A stretch of DNA of 64,000 bases from Acidimicrobiales bacterium. Lineage in GTDB: Bacteria > Actinomycetota > Acidimicrobiia > Acidimicrobiales > AC-14. Under the pieces are notes generated by a model, which worked only from the letters and a program-made list of their open reading frames with translations, ran no database searches and was not told the origin of the DNA. The position numbers were made by a program, and so were the translations under genes. Of the stretch, positions 44,003-53,996 are shown piece after piece; position 1 is the first letter of the stretch; each line of letters starts with the position of its first letter. The stretch covers positions 8,644-72,643 of the forward strand of contig JBPCJQ010000031.1 of the NCBI GenBank assembly GCA_051005135.1, written 5' to 3'.

Positions 44003-46303
44003 CTACTCAGGCTTGTCCGAGGCCAGGCCCTCTCCCTCCGGCCGGGCGCCTGACCGCAGGCGGATGAGGTTGAGGGCACTGCCGGCCCGGAACCATTCGA
44101 TGTGCTCCACCGACATCGTATGGGTGCAGGTGAAGGCCACGGTCGAGCCGCCCGGATGATGCAGCAGGCATTGCAGTGGCCGGTCAGGGGCCAGCTGGGC
44201 CAGACCAACCATGGAGATGCGGTCTCCTTCGGAGATGAGGTCCCAAGTAGCGGGGTCGGCCAGGACCAGGGGTAGTACGCCTTGCTTTTTGAGGTTGGTT
44301 TCGTGGATGCGGGCGAAAGAGCGCACCAACACCGCTCGGCAGCCCAGAAAACGCGGCTCCATGGCGGCATGCTCGCGTGACGACCCCTCCCCGTAGTTCT
44401 CGTCGCCCACGGCTACCCATTGCAGTGCCGCCTCCCGGCAGTGAAAGCCGGCGTCGGGTAGGGGTTCCACTTCATCGTGCACTGGGCAGCGGGCGGTTCC
44501 CGTCTCGCCGGTGAAGGCGTTGAAAGCTCCCAACCACAGGTTGCGGCTTATGTTCTCGAGGTGGCCGCGGAAGCGCAGCCAGGAGCCGGCTGCGGAGATG
44601 TGATCGGTGGTGCACTTGCCTCTGGCCTTGAGCAGGATCGGGAGCTCCTCGAGGTCGCGATGGTCCCACGGAGGGAACGGGTCGAGGCGCTGGAGGCGTT
44701 TGCTCCCGGGCCGGATGGCGACGACTTCGGCCCGACCGTCGGCCGGTGGGGGCAAGTACCCGCCGCTGGCATCGACGAAACCGCCCGCAGGAAGCTCGTC
44801 GCCCGCAGGCTCATCCAGGTGCACGCCGTCGATGGAGTCGGCCACCGGGTTGAAGTCGAGGGTGCCGGCCAGGGCATAGGCAACTGTGGTCTCCGGCGAC
44901 CCGATGAACGCCAGGGTGCGGGCGTTTCCGTCGTTGCGCTTGGGGAAGTTGCGGTTGAACGAAGTGATGATCGAGTTGGGCTCGCCGTCGGCCGTATCGG
45001 TGCGAGCCCATTGCCCGATGCAGGGGCCGCAGGCATTGGCCAGGACGGTGGCGCCGATGGACTCCAGGTCGGCCAGGAGGCCGTCCCGTTCGATCGTGGC
45101 CCGCACCTGTTCGGAACCGGGGGTGACGAGCAGGGGAGTACGCGTACGCAGGCCTCGGGCCGCGGCCTGGCGGGCGATGCTGGCCGCCCTGCCGATGTCC
45201 TCGTAGGACGAGTTGGTGCACGACCCTACGCACGCCTGGGCCAGGCGCAGGGGCCACCCGTTGACCCTGGCCTCGGCGCCCACCTGCGACACAGGGCGGG
45301 AGAGGTCGGGGGTATGAGGGCCGACCAGTTGGGGCTCGAGGGTGGACAGGTCGAGGTGGATGACCTGGTCGAAGAACCGGTACGGGTCGCTGTCGACCTC
45401 GGGGTCGGGACGCAGGTCCTCGGCCACAGCCGTGGCCGCGGCGGCGACCGCGGCCCGGCCGGTGGCCTCGAGATAGGCGACAACTCGTTCGTCGAAGGGG
45501 AAGACAGAGGTAGTGGCGCCGATCTCGGCTCCCATGTTGGCGATGGTGGCCCTGCCGGTGGCACTGATGGCCGCGACGCCCGGGCCGAAGTACTCGACGA
45601 TCGCTCCCGTACCGCCCCTGACGGTGAGGACCTGAGCCACCTCGAGGATGATGTCTTTGGGGGAGGTCCAGCCCGACAGCCGGCCTTCGAGGCGTACGCC
45701 GATGAGCCGGGGCCAGCGTAGGCCGTAGGACCCCCCGGTCATGACGTCGACCGCCTCCGCGCCACCTACGCCGATGGCGATCATGCCCAGGCCGCCGGCG
45801 TTGGGCGTGTGGCTGTCGGTTCCGATGATCATCCCGCCCGGGAAGGCGTAGTGCTCGAGCACCACTTGGTGGATGATGCCGGAGCCCGGTTGCCAGAAGC
45901 CGATGCCGTAGCGGGCCGACGCGCTGCGCAGGAAGTCGTACACCTCGGCGTTGGCGTCCTGGGCGGCGCTGAGGTCAGCCACCGCACCGTTGCGGGCCTG
46001 GATTAGGTGGTCGCAGTGCACGGTGGTGGGCACCTGCACGCGAGGCAGCTCGGCGGTCATGAACTGGAGGATCGCCATCTGGGCGGTGGCGTCCTGCATG
46101 GCGACCCGGTCGGGCTCGAACTCGGCATAGGCGTGGCCCCGGTCGAGTGCCTGCCCCTCGGGGTCGCACAGATGGTTGAAAAGAATCTTCTCGGCCAGAG
46201 TGAGGGGCCGCCCCAGGCGTTGCCGGCCGACCGAGGCCCTGTTGCCCAGGCGCCGGTAGAGCTCGGCGGTGGGGTCGGAGTCGGGCTCGGCAGAGGCAGG
46301 GAT
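44003..46303 (-). CDS. acn: aconitate hydratase (mitochondrial-type); start non-canonical or unresolved
   Basis: RPDRVAMQDATAQMA, IGTDSHTPN, ANACGPCIGQW. The track ORF starts at ATG 46099. The in-frame upstream sequence still encodes ELYRRLGNRASVGRQRLGRPLTLAEKILFNHLCDPEG... and has only CTG/ATC candidates. ATC 46303 lies 6 nt after GAGGAG. Confidence 0.9.
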   Translation of the reverse strand: MPASAEPDSDPTAELYRRLGNRASVGRQRLGRPLTLAEKILFNHLCDPEGQALDRGHAYAEFEPDRVAMQDATAQMAILQFMTAELPRVQVPTTVHCDHLIQARNGAVADLSAAQDANAEVYDFLRSASARYGIGFWQPGSGIIHQVVLEHYAFPGGMIIGTDSHTPNAGGLGMIAIGVGGAEAVDVMTGGSYGLRWPRLIGVRLEGRLSGWTSPKDIILEVAQVLTVRGGTGAIVEYFGPGVAAISATGRATIANMGAEIGATTSVFPFDERVVAYLEATGRAAVAAAATAVAEDLRPDPEVDSDPYRFFDQVIHLDLSTLEPQLVGPHTPDLSRPVSQVGAEARVNGWPLRLAQACVGSCTNSSYEDIGRAASIARQAAARGLRTRTPLLVTPGSEQVRATIERDGLLADLESIGATVLANACGPCIGQWARTDTADGEPNSIITSFNRNFPKRNDGNARTLAFIGSPETTVAYALAGTLDFNPVADSIDGVHLDEPAGDELPAGGFVDASGGYLPPPADGRAEVVAIRPGSKRLQRLDPFPPWDHRDLEELPILLKARGKCTTDHISAAGSWLRFRGHLENISRNLWLGAFNAFTGETGTARCPVHDEVEPLPDAGFHCREAALQWVAVGDENYGEGSSREHAAMEPRFLGCRAVLVRSFARIHETNLKKQGVLPLVLADPATWDLISEGDRISMVGLAQLAPDRPLQCLLHHPGGSTVAFTCTHTMSVEHIEWFRAGSALNLIRLRSGARPEGEGLASDKPE

Positions 46304-46394
46304 CGAAGGCTCCTCGGATGGGGGCAGCGTGTCGTCAAGCCTAGGCCGATGAGGTCAGGTTCCTCATCGGTGACCGGGCGGGCATGATGGTCGG

Positions 46395-46901
46395 ATGGCC
46401 GAAGACGAACACGAGGATCAAGACGTGAGCCGATCGGCGCGACGGAGTGGTCCCTCCACCATGGTCGTGGGCCTGCTCGCTCTGGCCATCGGTGTGGCCG
46501 GCGTCGTCACCGTTGTCTCGCGCACGGGCTCGGCCCGAGGGGTGAAGTACACCGAGCTGCGGCCAGGTGACTGCCTGGAGAAGCCCGACAACACCTTCGT
46601 GCGGGCCGATCGAGTCGTGTGCACCAAGGACCACGACCTCGAGGTCTTCGCTCTCATCGACGACCCGGCGCCCCGCAGCGCCAAGTACCCCGGCCAGCAG
46701 ATCCTCGAGCGGGAGGCAAACGTGGCCTGCCCGCCCCAGTTCCAGTCCTATGTGGGTGTCCCCTTTGACCAGTCGTCGCTGACCGTGCTCTTCTACGTCC
46801 CCACCAAGACCAACTGGGAGGGCGGCAACCGCCGGCTCTTGTGCACCGTCGCGGCCAAGACGGGCAAGCTGAAGGGGTCGGTGAAGGGCTCCGGCCGCTA
46901 G
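46395..46901 (+). CDS. membrane-anchored septum-formation-family-like protein
   Basis: N-terminal TM, then GDCL...VVCTKDHDLEVFA...ACPPQF...LLCTV, a four-Cys pattern. Confidence 0.55.
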   Translation: MAEDEHEDQDVSRSARRSGPSTMVVGLLALAIGVAGVVTVVSRTGSARGVKYTELRPGDCLEKPDNTFVRADRVVCTKDHDLEVFALIDDPAPRSAKYPGQQILEREANVACPPQFQSYVGVPFDQSSLTVLFYVPTKTNWEGGNRRLLCTVAAKTGKLKGSVKGSGR

Positions 46902-46913
46902 AGGCCGGCCCTG

Positions 46914-49900
46914 CTACGCGCTCGCCTCCACCCGGCCGGCGCGGGAGGCCTCCATGCGGCGCACCTGGTCGACGGGTGCCACGATCCACATGTGGGCCAC
47001 GGCCGTCGCCCACTCGGCCAGCAGCTCGGCGGCGCGAGGTGAGCCGGTGAGCTCCTGGTGGCGCTCGACCAGCCAGCGCAGCTCGTCCAGCAGCTCGGCG
47101 TCGGGTCGGGCAGCCTCCACTAGGGCGGTGTTGAGGCGGGAGGCCAGGGCGGCGTCGGGGTCCCACACATAGGCTTGTCCGCCGGTCATTCCTGCTCCCA
47201 GGTTGTAGCCCACCGGCCCGAGCACCACCACGGTGCCGCCCGTCATGTACTCACAGGCGTGGTCTCCGACTCCTTCCACGACCGCGGTGGCGCCGGAGTT
47301 GCGCACGCCGAAGCGCTCGCCCGCCGAGCCGGCGATGAACACCTGGCCGCCGGTGGCCCCGTAGAGGCAGGTGTTGCCCGCCAGCACCGGCTGCGCGACG
47401 GTGTCCGGGCTGGGCCGCACCACTATGCGCCCGCCGCCCATGGCCTTGGCCACGTAGTCGTTGGCCTCGCCCACCAGTTCCAGCTCGATGCCGTGGGTAA
47501 TGAAGGCGCCGAAGCTCTGGCCCGCGGAGCCGTCGAAGCGGACCACCGCTGTACCCATGGGAGGGCGGTCGCCCCACTCCATGGCGATGGCCCCACCCAG
47601 GGCGGCACCCACGGTGCGGTCGGCGTTGACGATGGCGTAGCTCAGCACCACGTCGTCGCCCTCGAACACGCCGAGCAGGGCGTCTTCCACCAGGCGGTCA
47701 CCCAGGGCCGATCGCGGTCTCTGGATTGCCACCGGCCGCACGAAGCGGCGGGGGGCGACGGGGTCGTCGGGCGGGGTGATGAGGGGCATCAGGTCCATCG
47801 AGGCAGCGCGAGGGTCGTTGGTGGCCAGCGGGCGCAGGCATTCCACCCTGCCGATGGCTTCGTCGAGGCTGCGCAGGCCCAAGGCGGCCAGCCCCCTGCG
47901 TACCTCCTCGGCGACGAACAGGAGGTAGGCGGCCACACCTTCGGGGGTGCCCGCGAACTTGGCTCTCAGGTGGGGCCGCTGGGTGGCGATGCCGGTGGGG
48001 CAGGTGTCCTTGTGGCAGGCCCGGGCCATGATGCAGCCCTCGGCGATCATGGCTGCGGTGCCGAAGGAGTACTCGTCGGCACCGAGCAGGGCGGCGACCA
48101 GCACGTCGCGCCCGGTGAGCAGGCCGCCGTCGACGCGCACCCTGATGCGGTCGCGCAACCCGTTGTCGATGAGGGCGGCCTGGGTATCGGCCAGGCCCAG
48201 TTCCCAGGGCAGGCCAGCGTGCTTGATGGACATGAGGGGCGATGCCCCCGTACCCCCGTTGCAGCCGCTGATATGGACCACCTCGGCCAAGGCCTTGGCC
48301 ACACCGGCGGCGACCGTGCCCACGCCGTCCTCGGCCACCAGCTTCACCGAGACGTCGGCCAGGTGGTTGACCTGCTTGAGGTCGAAGATGAGCTGGGCCA
48401 GGTCTTCGATGGAGTAGATGTCGTGGTGGGGCGGCGGGGAGATCAGGCCGATACCGGGCTGGGTGTGGCGCAGGGTGGCGATCTCCTCCGACACCTTGGC
48501 CCCCGGTATCTGACCCCCCTCGCCGGGCTTGGAGCCCTGGGCGATCTTGATGTTGAGCTCGTCGGCGAAGGCGCAGTACTCGGGAGTCACGCCGAAGCGA
48601 CCGGAGGCGATCTGCTTGATGCGGCTGTTCTTGTCGCCCGTGGGCTGACCCCGGGTGAGGAAGCGAGCCCGGCTCTCACCACCCTCGCCGCAGTTAGACT
48701 TGCCGCCGATGAGGTTCATGGCCTCGGCCAGGGTCTCGTGTGCCTCGCGCGACAGCGAGCCATGGGACATGGCGCCCGTCGAGAACCGCCTGGTGATCGC
48801 CGCGGCCGGCTCCACCTCGTCGAGAGACAAGGGCGCCCCCCAGGGCACCATCTCCAGCAGGTCGTGTAGCTCGGCGGGAGGGCGGTTGTTCACCAGGTCG
48901 GCGAAGCGCCCGTAGGTCTCGTCGCTGCCGTTGTTGACCGCGGCCTGCAGCAGGTGGGCGGCCTTCATCTCGTTGAGGGCCTTGGTGACGTCGTCGTTGT
49001 GGGTGTGGTACTCGGCGCCGGCGCGTTTGAGCGACCGGTAGAAGCCCCCGTCGCCCAGGCGCCCGGTGGCGTGGCGGGCCAGCACGTCGTCGCCCAGCTC
49101 CTCCCAGCCGATGCCCCCGACCACCGACGGCGTTCCCGCGAAGCACACGTCGACCACGGCGGGGCCGAGGCCCACCACCTCGAATATCTGGGCGCCTCGG
49201 TACGAGTCGACGGTGGAGATGCCCATCTTGGACATCACCTTGAGCACACCGTCCTCGATGGCCGACTGCAGGCGGTTCTGGGCCTCGGGCCCGGTGAGCT
49301 CGTTGTCGTCGTTGCGGTCGGCTTCGTGGGCGACGGTCTCCAGGGCCAGACCGGGGCAGATGGCGTCGGCGCCGTAGCCCAGCAGGCAGGCCATGTAGTG
49401 GACGTCACGCGCCTCGTCGGCCGACACCACCAGGCTGGTGGTGGAGCGCAAGCCCCGGGCCACCAACCGGTGGTGCACAGCACCGGTGGCCAGCAGGGCG
49501 GGCACGGGCGCCCGCTCCTCGGACACGTTGCCGTCGTCGATCACCAGGATCCCCGCGCCCGAGGTGGCCAGCGCTTCGGCCCGGTCGCACAGGAGGTCGA
49601 CGGCGGAGCGCAGGCCGCCGGGCCCGTCGGCCACCGGGAAGGTGGCGTCGAGATGGGCGCAGTCGAACCCGTCGCAGGCCACCCCCGACAGGAGCTCGAC
49701 GATTAGCGAGGGGTACACGAAGAACGACTTGAGGACGAGCAACTCGGCGGCTCGGGGGTCTTCGACCAGGATCGGGTGGCGGGGCCCGAGCAGGGTGCGC
49801 AGGCTCATCACCAGGCGCTCGCGCAGGTGGTCGATGGGGGGGTTGGTGACCTGGGCGAAGCGCTGCTTGAGGTAGTGGTGAACGGGCCGGGGCCGCCCGG

Positions 49901-51323
49901 CCAGGTGGGGAAGGGGCGAGTCGTCTCCCATGGAGTAGGTGGGCTCTTTGGCTTCGCTGGCCATGTAACGAAGCACCATGGCCAGCTCCTCGCGGCTGTA
50001 GCCGAACATGGCCTGACGCCGTTCGAGGGACTCGGGTTCGGGGGTCTTCTCGATGGGCCGGCCCCGGCTGACGTCGCGCAGGCCGTCGGCGGCCCACCGG
50101 GCATAGGGGCCCCGGGCTGCCAGCTCGGTCTTGCACTCAGCATCGTCGAGCAGCCCCCGCCCGGTGTGGACGAACAGCATCTGCCCCGGCCCGAGGCGCC
50201 CTCGCCGTACCCGTCCGTGGCCCGACACGTCGATGGCGCCCGCCTCCGAGCAGCACGCCACCAGGCCGTCCTCGCACGCCGCGTAACGCAGAGGGCGCAG
50301 GCCGTTGCGGTCGAGGGCAGCGCCCACGCCGAGGCCATCGGTGAACACCAGGCCGGCGGGGCCGTCCCAGGGCTCCATGATCGAGGCGTGGTAGCGGTAG
50401 AAGCCGCGCACGCCAGGATCGAGGTCGCGTTCACCCTCCCATGCTTCGGGAACCGTCATTGCCACCGAATGGCGCACGTCGCGCCCGGCCCGGGTGAGCA
50501 GCTCGACGACGGAGTCGAGCTGGCCGGAGTCGGAGTCGGAGGTGTTGAGCACGGGGTGGAACACCTCCTCGGGGCCGAGGCCACAACCCTCGGTGCCGAG
50601 CACGGCCCGGGCCCGCATGCGGTTGGCGTTGCCGGCCAGGGCGTTGATCTCACCGTTGTGGCACAGCATGCGGAAGGGCTGGGCCCGCTCCCAAGTGGGC
50701 AGGGTGTTGGTGGAGAAGCGCTGGTGGAAGAGGGCAAAAGGGGCGGCGAATCGCTCGTCGGCCAGGTCGAGCCAGTAGCCCGCCAGCGCGTCGGCCACGA
50801 CCAAGCCCTTGTAGACGACGGTGCGGAACGAGCACGACACGACGTAGCAGCCCGACGTGGCGGCGCTGATGCGGCGTCGGAGGCGGAAGGCGGCCCTCTC
50901 GGCCTCGTCGGGGCCGGCCCCGGCTGGGGGGGAGAGCACGGCTTGGAGGGTCCGGGGACGCGAAGCCCGGGCCTGGTCACCGAGATGGTCGTCGTCGGTC
51001 GGCGGGGTTCGCCAGTCGACCACAGTGATTCCGTCTGCCGCCGCGGCTGCTTCCACCGCGGGGCGGGGGTCGTCGCCGCGCACGAACAGCATGGCCAGGC
51101 CATGGGCCGCCCCGGAGGCCGCGCGCCCGAAGATCTCGGGGGGGATGGGAACGAGAAGCCCCGACCCGTCCGAAGACTTGGCGTCGGCGGCCAGGGCGCC
51201 CCGGTGCTTGACGCATGCTAGGCCGGTCAGGGCGGTTTCGACGATCGAGCGGGAGGGCCGACCGGAGGCGTCGGCAACGAAGCCGATGCCGCAGGCGTCG
51301 AGCTCGGGGCGGGACCGACCCAT
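46914..51323 (-). CDS. gltB: glutamate synthase large subunit
   Basis: 1469 aa. N-terminal DACGIGFVA amidotransferase, FMN/Fe-S central domain, and C-terminal GXGXG beta-helix domain. Confidence 0.95.
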   Translation of the reverse strand: MGRSRPELDACGIGFVADASGRPSRSIVETALTGLACVKHRGALAADAKSSDGSGLLVPIPPEIFGRAASGAAHGLAMLFVRGDDPRPAVEAAAAADGITVVDWRTPPTDDDHLGDQARASRPRTLQAVLSPPAGAGPDEAERAAFRLRRRISAATSGCYVVSCSFRTVVYKGLVVADALAGYWLDLADERFAAPFALFHQRFSTNTLPTWERAQPFRMLCHNGEINALAGNANRMRARAVLGTEGCGLGPEEVFHPVLNTSDSDSGQLDSVVELLTRAGRDVRHSVAMTVPEAWEGERDLDPGVRGFYRYHASIMEPWDGPAGLVFTDGLGVGAALDRNGLRPLRYAACEDGLVACCSEAGAIDVSGHGRVRRGRLGPGQMLFVHTGRGLLDDAECKTELAARGPYARWAADGLRDVSRGRPIEKTPEPESLERRQAMFGYSREELAMVLRYMASEAKEPTYSMGDDSPLPHLAGRPRPVHHYLKQRFAQVTNPPIDHLRERLVMSLRTLLGPRHPILVEDPRAAELLVLKSFFVYPSLIVELLSGVACDGFDCAHLDATFPVADGPGGLRSAVDLLCDRAEALATSGAGILVIDDGNVSEERAPVPALLATGAVHHRLVARGLRSTTSLVVSADEARDVHYMACLLGYGADAICPGLALETVAHEADRNDDNELTGPEAQNRLQSAIEDGVLKVMSKMGISTVDSYRGAQIFEVVGLGPAVVDVCFAGTPSVVGGIGWEELGDDVLARHATGRLGDGGFYRSLKRAGAEYHTHNDDVTKALNEMKAAHLLQAAVNNGSDETYGRFADLVNNRPPAELHDLLEMVPWGAPLSLDEVEPAAAITRRFSTGAMSHGSLSREAHETLAEAMNLIGGKSNCGEGGESRARFLTRGQPTGDKNSRIKQIASGRFGVTPEYCAFADELNIKIAQGSKPGEGGQIPGAKVSEEIATLRHTQPGIGLISPPPHHDIYSIEDLAQLIFDLKQVNHLADVSVKLVAEDGVGTVAAGVAKALAEVVHISGCNGGTGASPLMSIKHAGLPWELGLADTQAALIDNGLRDRIRVRVDGGLLTGRDVLVAALLGADEYSFGTAAMIAEGCIMARACHKDTCPTGIATQRPHLRAKFAGTPEGVAAYLLFVAEEVRRGLAALGLRSLDEAIGRVECLRPLATNDPRAASMDLMPLITPPDDPVAPRRFVRPVAIQRPRSALGDRLVEDALLGVFEGDDVVLSYAIVNADRTVGAALGGAIAMEWGDRPPMGTAVVRFDGSAGQSFGAFITHGIELELVGEANDYVAKAMGGGRIVVRPSPDTVAQPVLAGNTCLYGATGGQVFIAGSAGERFGVRNSGATAVVEGVGDHACEYMTGGTVVVLGPVGYNLGAGMTGGQAYVWDPDAALASRLNTALVEAARPDAELLDELRWLVERHQELTGSPRAAELLAEWATAVAHMWIVAPVDQVRRMEASRAGRVEASA

Positions 51324-51477
51324 TTGGCGTGCACTCCTAAATCGTGCCTCCGGGGCCGGCGGGCCCCGCGATGGCAGAAGCCGAAGAGACTGAAGAGCGG
51401 TGAGCCGGGGGCTTCATCGTCGAAGTGGGGCGACGCTGCCTCATCCCCGGGGAGCTGCGAGGTGCGATACTAGCGGG

Positions 51478-52389
51478 TCAGGGCCAGCTGGGCTCTTGGG
51501 CGGTGCCCCGGCGTCCTTCGCCCAGCGCCCAGGCCCGCCGCCAGGGGGCGATGACAGGGCCGGTGAGGGGCGGGGTGGTGCCGGCAGCGGCGCGCTTGCG
51601 GGCCGTCCACCAGTCGGTGGCCGTCTCGTCACCGACTGCCGCCACCGCGGACTCGATTCGATCGGCGAAGCGCCGCGAGTCCTCGCCCGCCGTCGGGCGC
51701 AGGGGGGCGCCGAAGGTCACTCTCACACCAGATCCCCGTGCGAATGGGCTGCCAACGGGCGTGGGCAGGGTGGCGCCCTTGCGGAGCACCCGCCGGGTGC
51801 CTTCCACGTAGACGGGCACGACTGGCCGGCCGCACCGCACGGCCAGGTAGGCGGCGCCCCCGCGGAAGTCCTGTCCCCAGCCGTCGGGGCTGCGGCCGCC
51901 CTCGGGGAACAGCACCAGGTTCCAGCTGTCTTCGAGCAGGGAGGCGGCCAGGTCGGAGGACCGCCGGTTCACTTTCAGGCGCTCGATAGGGATGGCGCCG
52001 ATGGCCAGGGCCGACAGGGCGCCGCGAGCCCGGTTTGTGAAGAAGTAGTCCGCTGCGGCGGCCACTACGGCTCGATGCCGGAACCGGGTTGGCAGCGACG
52101 TGAGCACCAGCGGGGTGTCGAGGTGGCTGTGGTGGTTGGCGGCGAAGATCACCGGTGCGTCGAGATCGGCCAGCCGGTCGCGCCCGGTGACGTGGGGCGA
52201 GCCCAGAGCGTGCACCCAGGGGCGCAGGACGTCGTCGACTATCAGGGCCCGAGCCAGGCGCGCCGTCGGCGTGCGGGCCCAGCCGGTGTTGTAGTGCACC
52301 CCGGTGCAGGGCGACTCGGTGGGCCGGTTGACCGCCGCGGGCCACACCGGTGGCCCTACCGGGAACGAAGGCCGCCCCGGCAGCCGCAT
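51478..52389 (-). CDS. PlsC-family (lysophospholipid) acyltransferase
   Basis: ANHHSHLDT (HX4D) and FPEGGRS motifs. 1-nt TGATG overlap with the upstream gene. Confidence 0.82.
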   Translation of the reverse strand: MRLPGRPSFPVGPPVWPAAVNRPTESPCTGVHYNTGWARTPTARLARALIVDDVLRPWVHALGSPHVTGRDRLADLDAPVIFAANHHSHLDTPLVLTSLPTRFRHRAVVAAAADYFFTNRARGALSALAIGAIPIERLKVNRRSSDLAASLLEDSWNLVLFPEGGRSPDGWGQDFRGGAAYLAVRCGRPVVPVYVEGTRRVLRKGATLPTPVGSPFARGSGVRVTFGAPLRPTAGEDSRRFADRIESAVAAVGDETATDWWTARKRAAAGTTPPLTGPVIAPWRRAWALGEGRRGTAQEPSWP

Positions 52390-53996
52390 CAGGTGACGTC
52401 GGCCATGAGGATGGGCGGGTTGTGGATGTGGGTGATCGAGGGGTCGCGGCCCACCACGTCCTCAGCCATCTCCAGGGCGTCGCGCAGGGTGGAAGCCGGT
52501 TTGAAGCCCATGCGCCGCACGGCCCGGGCGTCGCCGCCCACGATGACCACGTTGCCGTCGAGGTGCTGGAGTGCGTGCGCGCCCCAGTACCACATGTAGA
52601 ACGGGTGAACGCCGTGGTAGGCGTAGCTGGTGCGGTAGAGGTGGATGTACCACGGGTCGGTGGCGAAGCCCTCCTCGAACTTGGCCTCGATCTCGGCCGG
52701 GTCGGTGGTCTCGGTGAGCACCTGCTCGAAGAAGTCGATGTAGCTCGGGTGATGCACGGGGTGGAACTCCCACGGTGTCGGGTGGCACATGATGACCACG
52801 CCGCCGGGGCGCACTAGGGGCTTACCCCGGTAGAGGTTGAAGAAGTAGCCCAACCCCAGGCACATCACCAGGATGGGGTTCATCACCGAGTTCACGTTGT
52901 ACGGGCAGATGTAGGGCAGGCCCATGGTGAGGACGTCGGCCTGGCCGTCCACCGGCACGAGGTGCTGGCGGTAGGTCTGAGCAGTGGCAAGGGCATGAAC
53001 GGCCTCGACCTCACCGGCGGCGACGCTCGTCATCTTCTGCGGTGACTTGATGCCACCGAAGATGGCACGGGCGATGCGGGGAGGCACCCGGTCGAGGCTC
53101 TTGGAGGTGGCCAGGTAGGACGCCCGGTCGCGGGCCGACCACTCCCACTCACGCTTCTGCAGGAAGGAGAACTGCTTGGGGAAGGTATCGGTGTTGAGGG
53201 TGGTCTCGATCTGGAAGATCTTCACCCCCTCGGCCGCCAACAGGCGGCCCATGCGCCAGTTGGAGCTGTGCAGCTCGGAGCGGTGCTGGTCCATGAACGA
53301 CCGGCTGTGCTGCATGGTGTCGACGTTGTGGTGATGGCGCAGGCTCCGGTAGGAAGCCAGGCCGGTGGCCACGCTCTTGTGGCCGCCGTCCATGGCCACC
53401 AGGTTGATGTTCACGTACACGAGCAGGTCGCTGGTGGCCGCCCGCTTGTTGATCTCGACCAGCTCGCCCTCGGCAGTGTGCCCGACCACCACCATGTTGT
53501 CGGGGTCCTCGGCGTCGTGCTGGGTGAGCCGGCCCGACGGCGCGAAGGCGTCGTACACCCGGTCGCCGAGCATGTGGCGCAGCTCGGCCTCGGTGAGGCG
53601 GCGGTGGAGGGCGAGGGCCGCGACGAGGACCACGTCGTCGACGCCGGCCTCGGCGGCGACGTCGAGCACGGCCTCGATGACGCGCTGGCGATTGTCGGGG
53701 GAGCGCATGGGCGGGAGCGGCAGGGAGATGTCGTCGAAGGCGATGGTGAGCCGCATGCCCCGGCGCATCAGGGCGGGAAGAGGGTCGCTGTCGCCCTCGG
53801 GGTTCAACAGGGCGTGGCGGATGGCGGTGTCGGGGTCGTCGAGGGCAGGTAGGGGCTCGGCGGGGTAGACGACGCGCGAGCCCACCGGGAGCTTCTCGAG
53901 GTGGAAACCCTCTCCCCGGTGGAACAAAACCGGGGGCGTCGACCGCTCCACCTCGAGGACCAGGCCCGGTCGGGTGCCCCTGGCAGGGGTGCTCAA
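52389..53996 (-). CDS. LarA-like (DUF2088, lactate-racemase N-terminal domain) protein
   Basis: 535 aa. Overall resemblance to the LarA_N family (..AFDDISLPLPP.., ..AMDGGHKS.., ..LPYICPYNVNS..), recalled from memory and not verified. 4-nt overlaps on the upstream side. Confidence 0.55.
   Translation of the reverse strand: MSTPARGTRPGLVLEVERSTPPVLFHRGEGFHLEKLPVGSRVVYPAEPLPALDDPDTAIRHALLNPEGDSDPLPALMRRGMRLTIAFDDISLPLPPMRSPDNRQRVIEAVLDVAAEAGVDDVVLVAALALHRRLTEAELRHMLGDRVYDAFAPSGRLTQHDAEDPDNMVVVGHTAEGELVEINKRAATSDLLVYVNINLVAMDGGHKSVATGLASYRSLRHHHNVDTMQHSRSFMDQHRSELHSSNWRMGRLLAAEGVKIFQIETTLNTDTFPKQFSFLQKREWEWSARDRASYLATSKSLDRVPPRIARAIFGGIKSPQKMTSVAAGEVEAVHALATAQTYRQHLVPVDGQADVLTMGLPYICPYNVNSVMNPILVMCLGLGYFFNLYRGKPLVRPGGVVIMCHPTPWEFHPVHHPSYIDFFEQVLTETTDPAEIEAKFEEGFATDPWYIHLYRTSYAYHGVHPFYMWYWGAHALQHLDGNVVIVGGDARAVRRMGFKPASTLRDALEMAEDVVGRDPSITHIHNPPILMADVT

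Noticed and set aside
51324-51477. Terminator or attenuator hairpin (CGGGGCC-GGCG-GGCCCCG, about 51349-51366) between the lipid-like operon and gltB.
   Set aside because: It is a GC-rich stem without a U-tract on the relevant strand. It could equally be incidental in this composition.
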